This document shows positions 20,009 to 30,945 of a DNA stretch of 64,000 nucleotides, in pieces. This DNA is from Spirochaetia bacterium. Lineage in GTDB: Bacteria; Spirochaetota; Spirochaetia; DSM-2461. The notes under the pieces were generated by a model that searched no databases, had not been told where the DNA came from, and worked only from the letters and a program-made list of their open reading frames with translations. The translations under genes and the position numbers were made by a program. How positions within the stretch are numbered: the first letter of the stretch is position 1; every line of letters starts with the position of its first letter. The stretch lies in NCBI GenBank assembly GCA_963666985.2, contig CAXXIA010000002.1, forward strand, positions 864,001-928,000, read 5' to 3'.

Positions 20009-20493
20009 ATTCCGCCTCCTTTCGCCATTTTTTTCCCGTCGGCCCTGAGTTTCCTCAATCTTTTTCGCACGCCGGAGACCGACATTCCGGTGGCGGCGGC
20101 GGTTTCCTCCAGGGTGAATCCGTCGCGGTAATGCAGAAGCGCCATGGTCTTGGTGGACGGCGGCTGCTCTTCGAAAAGCTTCTCCAGAAACAGCTTGTCC
20201 ATCGTTCGCCCCTCGTGGTCCTCGGTACCGGCCATCGCGGAAAGCCATTCGTCGTCAACGGCGATAACCTGACGCCGGAAAGACCGCATGACATTCAAAC
20301 AGGTATTTGTGGCCGTCACGTACAGGAAGCTTGAAAGACCCGTTTCCTTAATTTTCTCTTCATGACGCAGCAGCTTCACAAAGACATCCTGCATGGCATC
20401 CAGAGCGGCCTGTTCCTCCCGCAGCAGGCTGCGGCACCTCCTGAGGACCATCGGTCCGTACGTGATGTAGAGCTGTTCGATGTCGACGGCCAA
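20005..20493 (-). CDS. ECF (sigma-70 family) RNA polymerase sigma factor
   Basis: LY..YGPMVLRRC, ALDAMQDVFV, FLYVTATNTCLN, region 4 GFTLEETAAATGMSVSGVRKRL. Confidence 0.93.
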   Translation of the reverse strand: MAVDIEQLYITYGPMVLRRCRSLLREEQAALDAMQDVFVKLLRHEEKIKETGLSSFLYVTATNTCLNVMRSFRRQVIAVDDEWLSAMAGTEDHEGRTMDKLFLEKLFEEQPPSTKTMALLHYRDGFTLEETAAATGMSVSGVRKRLRKLRADGKKMAKGGGI

Positions 20494-20561
20494 AGGGCGC
20501 TCCGATAATCCTTAAGTTCACTCACCCGGCGCCCGGCTCTAACCGCCGAGCACCGGGAAGA

Positions 20562-21143
20562 TCAGTTGAATGCGAATCCGAGGGAGAATACAGCCTCGAA
20601 TTCATCAAATTCCGGGTAATCGATATCCGAGCAGGGAACCCCCGCTCCCGTGGGCCGCCAGTTGAACTGTCCCGAGGCGTAGAGGCCGCCTCCGAAATGC
20701 AGCCCCACTCCCGTACCCAGATAAGGGTACATAACGGCGGCCACTCTCCGCACATCCCCGCAATCCTCTTCGCTGCACGGGGTGCACTCCACTTCCGCTT
20801 CTCCGGCGGCACCGAGACCGGCCTGAATGAACGGATCGATAAAAGCGCGGCGGTCACGGAAATGATAGCTCAAAAACATCCGGCCGTCCCAGTCTATGAA
20901 CCAATAGTCGTCGGATGTTTCTTCACAATGCACCAGAGCCGTTATACCGATGCCGACATGATCGAACAGAACCTCAAGGCCGATGCCTCCGAGATGGTCG
21001 ATGTCCTTGCCGTTATAAGCCGCGGAAACAACTTTCTGCTGATGATCCTGCATGGCCCATTGACCCGTTAAACGAATCTGCTGACCGAAAAGACCGGCCG
21101 TGCCGATGCCGATAAGCATGATGAATATCAGTAAGCGTCTCAT
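20562..21143 (-). CDS. Exported probable outer-membrane beta-barrel protein
   Basis: Signal peptide, alternating beta-strand pattern, DPFIQAGLG, C-terminal FSLGFAFN; AGGAAG RBS. Confidence 0.7.
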   Translation of the reverse strand: MRRLLIFIMLIGIGTAGLFGQQIRLTGQWAMQDHQQKVVSAAYNGKDIDHLGGIGLEVLFDHVGIGITALVHCEETSDDYWFIDWDGRMFLSYHFRDRRAFIDPFIQAGLGAAGEAEVECTPCSEEDCGDVRRVAAVMYPYLGTGVGLHFGGGLYASGQFNWRPTGAGVPCSDIDYPEFDEFEAVFSLGFAFN

Positions 21144-21195
21144 TCTTTCTTTCCTTCCTTCTTATCCTTACGCTGTCGCTTTTGATATGTACCTA

Positions 21196-21225
21196 AGACA
21201 CCTCACGGCGGTACATGTGTTACCG
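21196..21225 (-). promoter_or_regulatory. Candidate ECF promoter for the OMP-sigma-anti-sigma-caspase operon
   Basis: CGGTAACACAT-N12-GGTGTCT on the minus strand; aligns with 21352-21381. Confidence 0.5.
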
Positions 21226-21351
21226 TCGGGAAGAAAAAAATGGAAAGGATAAGAAAGGGATTCTTAAGGCGGTGCCGGTTGGAACCGTAGATGATCGTAT
21301 AAAACTATGAAGCGAAGTTATCGGCGCCGATGCGTTCTTTCAACAGCCGAC

Positions 21352-21381
21352 CGGTGACAGATACAAAACTCTATTGGGTTA
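21352..21381 (+). promoter_or_regulatory. Candidate ECF promoter for the divergent DUF2807 gene
   Basis: CGGTGACAGAT-N12-TGGGTTA; same spacing as 21196-21225. Confidence 0.45.
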
Positions 21382-21403
21382 TATACTATCGATGGAGATA
21401 AAT

Positions 21404-22237
21404 ATGAAACGCGCCGCGACCTTTTTCATGCTGTTCCTGACGACAACAATCATGCTCTTCGCTTCGGGCTCGGAAGAACCCGATGCCGACGGCTGGTATG
21501 AAGTACCGCGCCTCCGGGATTTCAGCGGAGTGCAGCTCAGAACCGACGCCGAACTGACGCTCGTTCCCGGCAGAGGGTATCGCGTCCGGGTTAAGGGCGA
21601 TCATCATGATATCGAAGATTTGGATATCTATGTTTCCGGAGATGATTTGATTATCAAAAGAGAAAGTCTTTTCTCTTTCTTCAACTCATCGAATACGGGT
21701 TTGGAAATAGAGGTAACGCTCCCCAAGCTTTCCCGCGCCGAAATTACCGCTTCCGGCTTTATGAAAAGTACAGGCTTGTTCGAATCGGGCGACTTGGAAC
21801 TGCGAACAACGGGATCCGGAGACATCGTTTTTGAAGCCATCGCCGATTCGCTCGAATGCCAATCAACAGGATCGGGCGACATCGAATATCGAGGACGGGC
21901 CGATTCTCTCGCTATACGGTGTACGGGATCGGGAAGCGCCGAAATGGAAGTCAGAGCCAATCTTGTGGATATTTCATTGACCGGATCCGGGAACGCGGAA
22001 TTACGGGGCGGGGCCGATCGGATGGATGTCCGTATTACCGGAAGCGGTAAACTTAAAGCGGAAGAATTTCCCGTCAGGAATGCCGATATAACACTGACCG
22101 GTTCCGGCGATGCCGAAGTGCGTGTTTCCGGTAACCTCAAGTGCCGAACAACAGGATCGGGATCGGTCTATTACGGCGGCAATCCCGAAAATCTGGATTT
22201 TCAGGGCGGCGGTTTAGGGAAGATTCAAAAGCGATAG
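21404..22237 (+). CDS. DUF2807 / head GIN domain exported beta-solenoid protein
   Basis: Signal peptide, repeated (T/S)GSG(D/N/S) units, ends GSGSVYYGGNP; GGAG RBS. Confidence 0.88.
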   Translation: MKRAATFFMLFLTTTIMLFASGSEEPDADGWYEVPRLRDFSGVQLRTDAELTLVPGRGYRVRVKGDHHDIEDLDIYVSGDDLIIKRESLFSFFNSSNTGLEIEVTLPKLSRAEITASGFMKSTGLFESGDLELRTTGSGDIVFEAIADSLECQSTGSGDIEYRGRADSLAIRCTGSGSAEMEVRANLVDISLTGSGNAELRGGADRMDVRITGSGKLKAEEFPVRNADITLTGSGDAEVRVSGNLKCRTTGSGSVYYGGNPENLDFQGGGLGKIQKR

Positions 22238-22303
22238 TCTTTCCAAGGGCGGCGGTTATACGGCCCTTTCCCGGGCCGCCAAGATTCGTCCGAACCGCCG
22301 AAA

Positions 22304-23209
22304 TCAATACTCCCGGTCGCCCCGGATAACCCCGATAAGCTCCACTTTGGATCTGACCGAAAGCTTTTTATAAACATTGGCCACATGATTTCTGACGGTA
22401 TTGGGACTGATTCCCAAATTCTCGGCGATCTCCCCGTACGTAAGTCCCTGAACAAGATTCATCGCGATATCACGCTCACGATCCGTTAAAGGCAATTCAT
22501 CCGGGAGTTCTTTTTGTTTCTGACAATCAGGTTCGGGAGTGCCCATCTCCCGCAAGTAAAACACAATCCCCGTTATCGCCATCCACAGATAATAGAGAGA
22601 GAAAAAGAGAAACCGTATGGATCGGCTGACGGACCAGGGAACATCAACCTCCGCGAGGATGCGGCCGGCCATAACCAAAGGCAGAAAAGCGACGGTCAGA
22701 AGGGTAACCGATAAAACCGTAATCCGTGTGGTTCCTCGGCGAATCTGCGGCAGACTCCGGACAATATCCGATAAAATAACGGCCAGAGCCAGAAAATAAA
22801 TGAATGCCGCGGCCAATGAAATCTGTTTAAGAAATCCCGTTAACAGATAAACCGCACCCAGGGCAAAGTAGACCGCCGACGCGATAACGGTCGAAATCAG
22901 CCCCAGCCTGTTCCACTTCCTTCCGATAATATGATTAATCGTAGCCGGGAGATAATAGAGAAGCAGCGCGTAGCCCGCAAACTCCGCCAAACCCGTCCCG
23001 ATAATTACGGCCCGGCCGCCGTTGAGCAGCTCACTCCAATAAAAGCGGATACCGGCCAAAAGAAGCAGAAGCGCCAGATACGAGATAAATAAAAACGTGT
23101 TGAATCTTCCGGAGTTTTTCTTTCGCAGCCAGTAAAGGAGACTCAAGGCAACCGCCGCGAAAGTCATACCTACGGTAATAATATACAAAAAAAGGAATAT
23201 ATGATCCAC
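22304..23209 (-). CDS. Membrane-anchored LuxR-family regulator
   Basis: About 7 TM helices, then LTDRERDI...GLTYGEIAENLGISPNTVRNHVANVYKKL. Confidence 0.9.
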   Translation of the reverse strand: MDHIFLFLYIITVGMTFAAVALSLLYWLRKKNSGRFNTFLFISYLALLLLLAGIRFYWSELLNGGRAVIIGTGLAEFAGYALLLYYLPATINHIIGRKWNRLGLISTVIASAVYFALGAVYLLTGFLKQISLAAAFIYFLALAVILSDIVRSLPQIRRGTTRITVLSVTLLTVAFLPLVMAGRILAEVDVPWSVSRSIRFLFFSLYYLWMAITGIVFYLREMGTPEPDCQKQKELPDELPLTDRERDIAMNLVQGLTYGEIAENLGISPNTVRNHVANVYKKLSVRSKVELIGVIRGDREY

Positions 23210-23221
23210 TACTTCAATCCG

Positions 23222-24646
23222 TTAATAAACAACAACACAGTTCCGCCCTTTGTTCTTCGCCTTATACAGAGCGGCGTCCGCCTCATGGATTATACCGGAT
23301 AAAGAAGAAGACTTTTCAGGGAGGCATCCCGAGATACCGGCACTAATGGTAACCGAACGGTTCATTCCTTCATACCGAAGTTCGGCCACTTCTTTTCGGA
23401 TTCGCTCGACAATCTCTTGCGCGGTATTCACCGGTGTTTCGGGAAAAAGAATAACGATTTCTTCTCCGCCGTACCGGGCGATGGTATCCGTGGCCCGAAG
23501 CCCCTCTTCACAGGTTCGGGCAATTTCCCTCAGGACAATATCACCCGTCTGATGACCGAATTCGTCGTTGACTTTCTTAAAATGATCAAGATCCAGCATC
23601 GCCGCGGAGATGTGCTTCTCCTCTCTGCGGGCCTTTTCGAAGAGGTATCGACTGTTCAAGTCGAAAGCATGCCGGCTCCCGATTCCCGTGAGCGCATCTT
23701 CCATGGCCAGCTTGTAGGTTTCGCCGTGCAGTCTGGCGTTCTCCAAAGCAATGGCAACGGGCCCCGATAAAGAACGGGCCAGTTCCAAGTTCCTGGCCGT
23801 ATAGAAGTTTTTCTTCGAGTGGTCGAAAGAAATCAGACCGATCACATCGCCGTGGGCAATCAGCGGTACGCCGATCCAGGAGCGGGTCGGGGAGATTTCC
23901 TCCACTTCGACAAAAGAGGGAAAATCCTTGGAAACGTCATGACTCAGCCAAGGACGGCGTTCCCGGATGGCTCGGGTGCTGAGGGAATCTTCTTGCGGAT
24001 AGGGAAATTTCAAGTTCATATAGAGTTCGGGAGATTCAAATCCGTATCCGCCGATGACTTCAAGATGTCCTTCATGCAGTACCTGAACCGTCGCCTTTTC
24101 ATACGGGACGATGGAACGCACCTCCTCCAAAATAATTCGAACGGTTTCATCCAAATCAAGACTGGAGATAATCGCTTCTATGGCCGTATTCAAAGCCTCG
24201 GACTCCCGGGCACGGTGAGAAGCCTCTTCCTGGGCCTCTTTAATCCGTGTCATATCCTCGTCAACACCTATATAGATTCTCGGAGATCCGTTGCTTTCCC
24301 GAACAATAACACCGCCTCTGTTTGAAATCCACCTCCATCCGCCGGCCGGATCCTTGAGGCGATATACTTCATGGAAATTGGACGTTTTGCCTTCAAACAT
24401 TTCATGCAACTCATCCGCAACCCTTTTAAAGTCTTCCGGATGCAGATGATTAATCCATTTCCGGTTATAGATTTCATTCGTCGGATAGCCGAATTCCTTC
24501 CAGAGATTGTTTGTCGTGGTTTTTTGACCTTTATAATCCACAAGGAATACACCCATCTGAGATAAGGCATCGACAATAATCGAATCTCCCATAATGAGTT
24601 CGAGAGCGTGCAGGATTTTTCTCTTCCTCTTTCGCATCATGCTCAA
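23222..24646 (-). CDS. PAS-GAF-GGDEF diguanylate cyclase
   Basis: W..LHPED PAS, SWIGVPL GAF, DALTG, DLDHFKKVNDEFGH..GD, RATD I-site, RYGGEE. Confidence 0.93.
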   Translation of the reverse strand: MSMMRKRKRKILHALELIMGDSIIVDALSQMGVFLVDYKGQKTTTNNLWKEFGYPTNEIYNRKWINHLHPEDFKRVADELHEMFEGKTSNFHEVYRLKDPAGGWRWISNRGGVIVRESNGSPRIYIGVDEDMTRIKEAQEEASHRARESEALNTAIEAIISSLDLDETVRIILEEVRSIVPYEKATVQVLHEGHLEVIGGYGFESPELYMNLKFPYPQEDSLSTRAIRERRPWLSHDVSKDFPSFVEVEEISPTRSWIGVPLIAHGDVIGLISFDHSKKNFYTARNLELARSLSGPVAIALENARLHGETYKLAMEDALTGIGSRHAFDLNSRYLFEKARREEKHISAAMLDLDHFKKVNDEFGHQTGDIVLREIARTCEEGLRATDTIARYGGEEIVILFPETPVNTAQEIVERIRKEVAELRYEGMNRSVTISAGISGCLPEKSSSLSGIIHEADAALYKAKNKGRNCVVVY

Positions 24647-24666
24647 CGATTATCCTCAAGGCCGTT

Positions 24667-24751
24667 AAAATTGCCTCCGACAGCCGAAACCCCTCAATTC
24701 TCGCTTTTGAAGGGCTTTGTTTCAAAAATCGCTGATTTTTGAAATTGCCTC
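24667..24751 (-). repeat. Dispersed intergenic repeat, copy 2
   Basis: Reverse complement GAGGCAATTTCAAAAATCAGCGATTTTTGAAAC...GTTTCGGCTGTCGGAGGCAATTT. Confidence 0.85.
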
Positions 24752-25029
24752 ATCGACTAATCATTCCCATCAACTTATATAGTCGCCGTTTCCCAGGAAA
24801 CAATCCAGTTCGTCAAAACACCAAAAAAAGTATAAAATACGGAAGGATACAAAAAATCATTGAAAATTAAAAAAATAAAAATAGATCAGAACGAATCTCT
24901 TCCGGATTGGATTTTAAGGGGATTCGGCCGTCGATTACATGCAATTTCATGAATTATGAAATTGCCGCGGCAAGATATTCCTTCAGAGCCGCCTTTACAA
25001 TAAAATGAGCCTGCCCCAAGGAAAGCATC

Positions 25030-25770
25030 ATGAAATTCACCATTATTGCAAAAATAGCAGCCCTAAGCATGATACTGCTTGGGACGACATCTTGCATGAT
25101 GAAGCAAGAGGTCCATATCGACGAAACAGGCGGCGGGCGTGTTGTCTTCAACATTACACTTGCCGAATACCTGACGGAAGTCATCGATCAGGTGCAAACC
25201 GTTCTGAATCCCGAGAATCCCCTGCCCGGCAGCGACGAACCCTTTTTCAATACGGAAGCCATCCGAAAAGACCTGGAGAAACGGGACCGTGTGGAACTCC
25301 TGAGTTTGAACTCACCGACGCGAAACACTCTGACGGGAGAAATCCGATTTGACGACATTTCGGGGATTTTTCAAGAAATCAAAACGGACTCCTCCGCGGC
25401 CGAACTTGTTCGATTTGAACGACACGGCAAAGTCTCGGAACTGACGGTGCTTATCAACCGGGCAACCGTCGAAGCACTCCTTGCGGAAAATCCCTCTTTC
25501 AATAATCCTCTGGTGGAATCCTTCGGGCCCGCAACCACCGAAGGCTTATCGGAAGAAGACTATCTCGACATGATGGGCTTCCTCCTTGGAGAGGAGAGCC
25601 GTCTCGGCATCATCGATTCGACACTGGATATTACAATCAAAATCGAAGGCCGCATCCTGGAACAGAAAGGCGGACAAATCATCGGCAACAGCACCGTCAA
25701 ATATAAAATCCCCCTGCTTTCCCTTCTGATGCTGAAAGAGCCTCTCGAATACAATCTTCGGTACGAGTGA
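25030..25770 (+). CDS. Hypothetical lipoprotein
   Basis: Signal ending LLGTTSC (lipobox-like); overlaps the MMPL gene. Confidence 0.75.
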   Translation: MKFTIIAKIAALSMILLGTTSCMMKQEVHIDETGGGRVVFNITLAEYLTEVIDQVQTVLNPENPLPGSDEPFFNTEAIRKDLEKRDRVELLSLNSPTRNTLTGEIRFDDISGIFQEIKTDSSAAELVRFERHGKVSELTVLINRATVEALLAENPSFNNPLVESFGPATTEGLSEEDYLDMMGFLLGEESRLGIIDSTLDITIKIEGRILEQKGGQIIGNSTVKYKIPLLSLLMLKEPLEYNLRYE

Positions 25771-28124
25771 GCCGGCGAGAAATGAATATTAATAATTCCA
25801 TCAAGTCCATACTCGGCCGTTCAAAATTCATAATCGTTCTTACGCTTTTAATTACCGTATTTATGGGATTTAAAGCGAAAAATGTTGATATCGATACCAA
25901 CGTCAATACGCTGATGCCGCAGCGCAATAAAAGGATCAGCTTAATCAAGAACGAAATCGGCATCGAATCGGAGAGATCAAATTACTTATTCCTCAGCATT
26001 TCCGGTGATAATCTCTATAACCTGGAAGTTCTCGGAACCTTTCAGGAAACAATCGACCGCATTATGGAAATGCCGGATTTTGAAGGAGTTCTCTCACCAT
26101 TCAATTTCATTTTCTTTAATGCCGAGGGAAAACGAATTATTCCGGGAACCCTCTCGCCCACGGGAAAAGCCCCTTCAACCGCGGAAGAACTGGCTGAATT
26201 CGAAGACCGGATAAAAAAACAATCACTCTCGGAGAACTTCGTCGTAGCCGATGAGGGCCGCATTCTGACCGCCGTTTTCACCACAGGCCGTATAGAAGAA
26301 GATACCGGCGCTTTCATGAATCGGTTCCTGGAGAGTATTGCCCCTCTTGAGAACGTTACTCATGTATATTACTCTGGAGACATTCCGTTTCAGGACCGTG
26401 TTGCTTTTCATTTAGGCAAAGATTTTTCCACTCTGCTCATTCTGGCACTGGCGGCAATGCTGGTTATTTTTCTAATCAGCTTCCAAACCGTTCGCGCCAT
26501 GATTCTGCCACTGGTGGTGGTGATTATCGGAGCCATATGGACCGTGGGCTTCATGTCCATGGCGGGTTTTGAGATTACCGTTGTAAGCGTAATCATCCCC
26601 TCGCTTATTCTCACTTTGGGCAGCTCTTACACCATCCATATCCTTAGTGAATACTACAGAAATCCCAGAGCGGAGGGAGCCGAAAAGCACCAATGGCTGG
26701 CCGATGCCGTGGAACACGTTATAAAAACCGTCGTCGTAGCGGCATTAACGACAATGTTCAGTTTCTTAAGCCTCCTGACCACGACTTTGGCGCCGCTCCA
26801 GGAATTCGGGCTCTCCATCGGTTTGGGAATTTTCTTCTGCGCCGTTCTGGCGCTTTTTTTCCTGCCGGCCATGTTCGCTCTGCTGCCGACTCCGCGAAAA
26901 CACCTGAAGGAACGAATGCATCGCGGACCGCTCTCCCGCATGGTAACGGCTCTGGGAACCTGGTCCAGCAGGCATCCGCTCCTTGTCACGGGGCTGTTCC
27001 TTCTGCTCTTCGCCGGTTTTCTGTCGGTTTATCCGCACATCAAGCATCAATCGGATTACTTCTCCTACTTTCCCTCCGACGACCGCATCATCAGAGACAC
27101 GCAATTTATCAACAAGCACAGCGGAGGTTCACAAACTTTCAACATTACGCTGACCGCTCCCGAAGGTGAAAAGAACTTTTTTCTGAATCCCGAAACCCTC
27201 AGGATGGTGGACAATCTGGAAACCCTCCTTGATTCCAATCCGTCGGTTACCAATAAACTTTCTTTTCTCGGAATCTTAAAAAACATGAATAAAGCCGTAT
27301 CCGGCGCTGAGACGGTACCGGATTCCCGAGGGCTTATCCTTCTTCTCAACCGTTATTTCAGAATGATTCCAACAGGGAAATTCGCCCTTGGTCAGGATTC
27401 GAGCATTATGAGCGAAGACGGAAACAGCTTGACCATCTATCTGAAAATGGCGGAAGCCGAAACCTACAGCATTATGAACGAGGACGACCTTCGCGGCTTC
27501 CTGAACTATGTGGAGAACTCTCTGGATGAAACTTTGGACGAATCGATCGATTCGTACCTCTGGGGCAGTACGATGCTGCTGCTGGATACATCAAAAACCA
27601 TTAAACACGACCAGCTCCGTTCAACCGCCCTTTCGATGATTCTCGGAATGATCATCTCGGCGATATTCTTCAAATCGTTCACTTACAGCATTATCGCTCT
27701 CATCCCTCTTCTCAGCGGAATCTTCTGGTATTTCATTACCCTGTTCGTCTCGGGCATACCGCTGGACATGACAACCATCATCGTTACCAACGTCACCGTC
27801 GGGGTTGGTTTGGACGATGCGGTTCATTTCATCCTTCAGTATCGAATGCAGCGGCGGCGGCAATCTTTTAAACCGGCCCTGTCGTGGTCGCTGCGCATAA
27901 CGGGGCGTCCCATCGTTCTCACAACCTTATCCATGGTCGCCGGTCTGATGGTTCTCTGCTTCGCCAGTTTCAAACCCGTGGTCTACCTGGGCTATTTGGT
28001 GGCCGGAACATTGTTTTCAACCATGGTGGGAACCGTAATATTCATCCCCGCCGCCATTACGCTCTACGAGAAATTCTTGGCTCGGAAAACCTTACGTATG
28101 AGCCCCCCCCAAGAACCCTCTTAA
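25767..28124 (+). CDS. MMPL/RND family transporter
   Basis: Two repeats of large loop plus TM bundle; GVGLDDAVH, TGRPIVLTT. Confidence 0.9.
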   Translation: MSRREMNINNSIKSILGRSKFIIVLTLLITVFMGFKAKNVDIDTNVNTLMPQRNKRISLIKNEIGIESERSNYLFLSISGDNLYNLEVLGTFQETIDRIMEMPDFEGVLSPFNFIFFNAEGKRIIPGTLSPTGKAPSTAEELAEFEDRIKKQSLSENFVVADEGRILTAVFTTGRIEEDTGAFMNRFLESIAPLENVTHVYYSGDIPFQDRVAFHLGKDFSTLLILALAAMLVIFLISFQTVRAMILPLVVVIIGAIWTVGFMSMAGFEITVVSVIIPSLILTLGSSYTIHILSEYYRNPRAEGAEKHQWLADAVEHVIKTVVVAALTTMFSFLSLLTTTLAPLQEFGLSIGLGIFFCAVLALFFLPAMFALLPTPRKHLKERMHRGPLSRMVTALGTWSSRHPLLVTGLFLLLFAGFLSVYPHIKHQSDYFSYFPSDDRIIRDTQFINKHSGGSQTFNITLTAPEGEKNFFLNPETLRMVDNLETLLDSNPSVTNKLSFLGILKNMNKAVSGAETVPDSRGLILLLNRYFRMIPTGKFALGQDSSIMSEDGNSLTIYLKMAEAETYSIMNEDDLRGFLNYVENSLDETLDESIDSYLWGSTMLLLDTSKTIKHDQLRSTALSMILGMIISAIFFKSFTYSIIALIPLLSGIFWYFITLFVSGIPLDMTTIIVTNVTVGVGLDDAVHFILQYRMQRRRQSFKPALSWSLRITGRPIVLTTLSMVAGLMVLCFASFKPVVYLGYLVAGTLFSTMVGTVIFIPAAITLYEKFLARKTLRMSPPQEPS

Positions 28125-28619
28125 GCGGAAAGGCAAAAAGTCCCGAGGAATAACGATCGGCGGACATGTAATACTCCGAAAAAAGCCATCCCACCGTGCC
28201 GCCACAGGCCGTTTTTTTTGAAGAGGTAATCGTATAGGAATAACCGGTGTTGAAACCATGGGAAAAGACGAGGCCCAATACACCGGAATCGCATTATTTT
28301 CCGTTTGCGCCGCGGCGCTCTACGCGGTCTTGACTGTTCGATGGGGCTTTAACAGGGATTTCCGCATATTCCGTACCTGGTGACGGACCGGAGCATCGAA
28401 ATCCGGGACAGCTTGTGCGCACGACTCTTCCCGGCGCGGATATTCGGAATTCTTTGTCCCCGGGGGAATAAAACGGTTTCCCGGACGGCCGAAAATCTGA
28501 AGCCGCCCGGATTCTCGTCTTCTCCGAGAACTTCGGACATTCGCCGATCCGATTACCAAGGGATCGGTTCCCCCATGGGCCCGATTCCGCGCCCATGGTT
28601 TCCCTCTTTAGCTGATCCG

Positions 28620-30896
28620 TTAGGCCGTTTCCCGAAGACGATGCGCGGCTTCCACCATGTTCTTAAGCGAAGCCTTGGTTTCCGGCCAGTCCCTGGTTTT
28701 CAAACCGCAGTCGGGATTTACCCAGAGCCGCCTTTTGGGAATGCGCTTGGCCGCCTTTTGCATCAGATCGATCATATATTCGGTTTTCGGCACGTTCGGT
28801 GAATGGATATCGTACACGCCCGGACCGATTTCATTGGGATAAGCGAACTTATCAAAAACGTCCAGAAGCTCCATATCGGACCGGGATGTTTCAATGGTAA
28901 TAACATCCGTATCCATCTCCGCGATGGACTCGATGATGTCATTAAACTCCGAGTAACACATATGGGTGTGAATCTGAGTCTTATCCTCAACACCGTTCGC
29001 CGTTATCCGGAAGGAACCGACGGCCCAGTCCAAATATTCCTTCCAATCCGCCTTTCGCAGAGGCAGTCCTTCCCGAAGTGCCGCTTCGTCGATCTGGATG
29101 ACTTTGATGCCGGCCTTCTCCAGATCCAGAACCTCGTCCCTGACGGCCAGGGCCAATTGGAGGCAGGTTTCCGAGCGCGGCTGATCGTCCCGGACGAAGG
29201 ACCAATTCAGAATTGTCACCGGTCCGGTGAGCATGCCCTTCATCGGCTTGTCGGTAAGCGACTGAGCATAGGTAATCCAGTCAATCGTCATGGGCTTCGG
29301 CCTGCGGATGTCGCCGAAAAGGATGGGCGGCTTCACGCAGCGGGAGCCGTAGGACTGAACCCAGCCGTTTCCGCTGAAAACGTAACCTTCCAGCTGCTCG
29401 CCGAAATACTCCACCATATCGTTGCGTTCCGGTTCGCCGTGAACAAGAACATCCAGTCCCAGCTCCTCCTGAACGGCCACGACATTCCGGACTTCCGCCC
29501 GAATCCTTTCGGTATAGGTTTTTTCGTCGATCTCGCCCTTCTTGAACTTTCTGCGGACGGAGCGAATTTCAGCGGTCTGCGGATAAGAACCGATGGTCGT
29601 GGTGGGGAAAAGAGGCAGTCCCAGGATGTTCTCCTGCAGGGCCGCCCGTTCGGCATAGGGGCTTTTCCGCCGTCCCATATCGGGTGTTGCGGCCGCGGCG
29701 CGCGCTTTCACTTCGGGAATATTCACCCGGGATGACGTTCTCCGCGATTCGAGGGCAAGACGGTTTGCCTCAAGCTTTGCCTCAGCGGCCTCCCGCCCCT
29801 TGTTGACGGCGCCGGCAAGAACAACCAGCTCATCCAGCTTCTGAACGGCAAAAGCCAGCCAGGAGAGAATCTCCGAATCCATACTCTTTTCCAGACTCAA
29901 ATCCACGGGAACATGCAGAAGAGAACAGGAAGGGGCCAGCCACAGCCGATCGCCCAGCTTATCGGCGATGGGTTCCAGCCATTCAAGAAGCGCCGTCAGA
30001 TCGGTTTTCCAGATATTGCGTCCGTCGATAACGCCGAGAGAAAGCTCCATTCCGGCGGGAAGCTTCTCGATGACTTTCTGAACTTCAGAGCGGCCGCGGA
30101 CGGCATCCACATGAATCGCGTCGATGGGAAGAGAAAGAGCCAAGTCGAGATTGTCCCCAAGCGTTCCGAAGTAGCAGGCCGCCATTTTTTTTATCTTAAG
30201 ACCGGAAAGGGCGGCATAGGCTTTCCGGAAAGCTTCCTTCCATTCCTCTTCGAGGTCCATAACCAAAACCGGTTCGTCAATCTGCACCCATTCGACATTC
30301 TTCTCTTCGAGGGCGCCGAGAATCACTTCATACGCTTTGAGAAGAGAGTCCAACAGAGCCAGCTTATCGATATTCCCCTTCTCTTTTCCCAGCCTCAGAT
30401 AGCTTACCGGACCGAGAAGAACCGGCTTGGCGGAAACACCCGCGGCGCGCGCTTCATCAATCTGTTCGATCAGTCGTGTAACATCCGGAGAAAAATGAGT
30501 TTCTTCGGAAAATTCGGGAACGATATAGTGATAATTCGTGTCGAACCATTTGGTCATCTCTCCGGCGGCGACACCTTCGGAGGTTCCATCCACGGGGGAA
30601 CGGCCTCTGGCCACCCGAAAAAACTGATCGAAAAGATCGCCTCCGGCCTTTTGGGCACGGCTCGGAATATTCCCGAGAGTAAAACTCATATCAAGAACAT
30701 GATCGTAAAAGGAAAAATCACCCACCGGAACCCAATCCAAGCCGGATTGAATGGTCCAGTTATTCTTCCGAAGCATCACTCCGGTTTCAATCAGTTCTTC
30801 TTTGGAAATCCGTCCCTTCCAATACGCTTCCTGAGCTTTTTTCAGTTCTCGATTCGCCCCTATTCTGGGAAATCCTAAATTATGTGCTTTTGCCAT
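28620..30896 (-). CDS. metE: Cobalamin-independent methionine synthase
   Basis: [63 protein letters not shown]. Confidence 0.98.
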   Translation of the reverse strand: MAKAHNLGFPRIGANRELKKAQEAYWKGRISKEELIETGVMLRKNNWTIQSGLDWVPVGDFSFYDHVLDMSFTLGNIPSRAQKAGGDLFDQFFRVARGRSPVDGTSEGVAAGEMTKWFDTNYHYIVPEFSEETHFSPDVTRLIEQIDEARAAGVSAKPVLLGPVSYLRLGKEKGNIDKLALLDSLLKAYEVILGALEEKNVEWVQIDEPVLVMDLEEEWKEAFRKAYAALSGLKIKKMAACYFGTLGDNLDLALSLPIDAIHVDAVRGRSEVQKVIEKLPAGMELSLGVIDGRNIWKTDLTALLEWLEPIADKLGDRLWLAPSCSLLHVPVDLSLEKSMDSEILSWLAFAVQKLDELVVLAGAVNKGREAAEAKLEANRLALESRRTSSRVNIPEVKARAAAATPDMGRRKSPYAERAALQENILGLPLFPTTTIGSYPQTAEIRSVRRKFKKGEIDEKTYTERIRAEVRNVVAVQEELGLDVLVHGEPERNDMVEYFGEQLEGYVFSGNGWVQSYGSRCVKPPILFGDIRRPKPMTIDWITYAQSLTDKPMKGMLTGPVTILNWSFVRDDQPRSETCLQLALAVRDEVLDLEKAGIKVIQIDEAALREGLPLRKADWKEYLDWAVGSFRITANGVEDKTQIHTHMCYSEFNDIIESIAEMDTDVITIETSRSDMELLDVFDKFAYPNEIGPGVYDIHSPNVPKTEYMIDLMQKAAKRIPKRRLWVNPDCGLKTRDWPETKASLKNMVEAAHRLRETA

Positions 30897-30945
30897 CGTC
30901 TTATCTCCTTTTGGTACATTATGCTTTTTTTATCTATGTGGAAAA

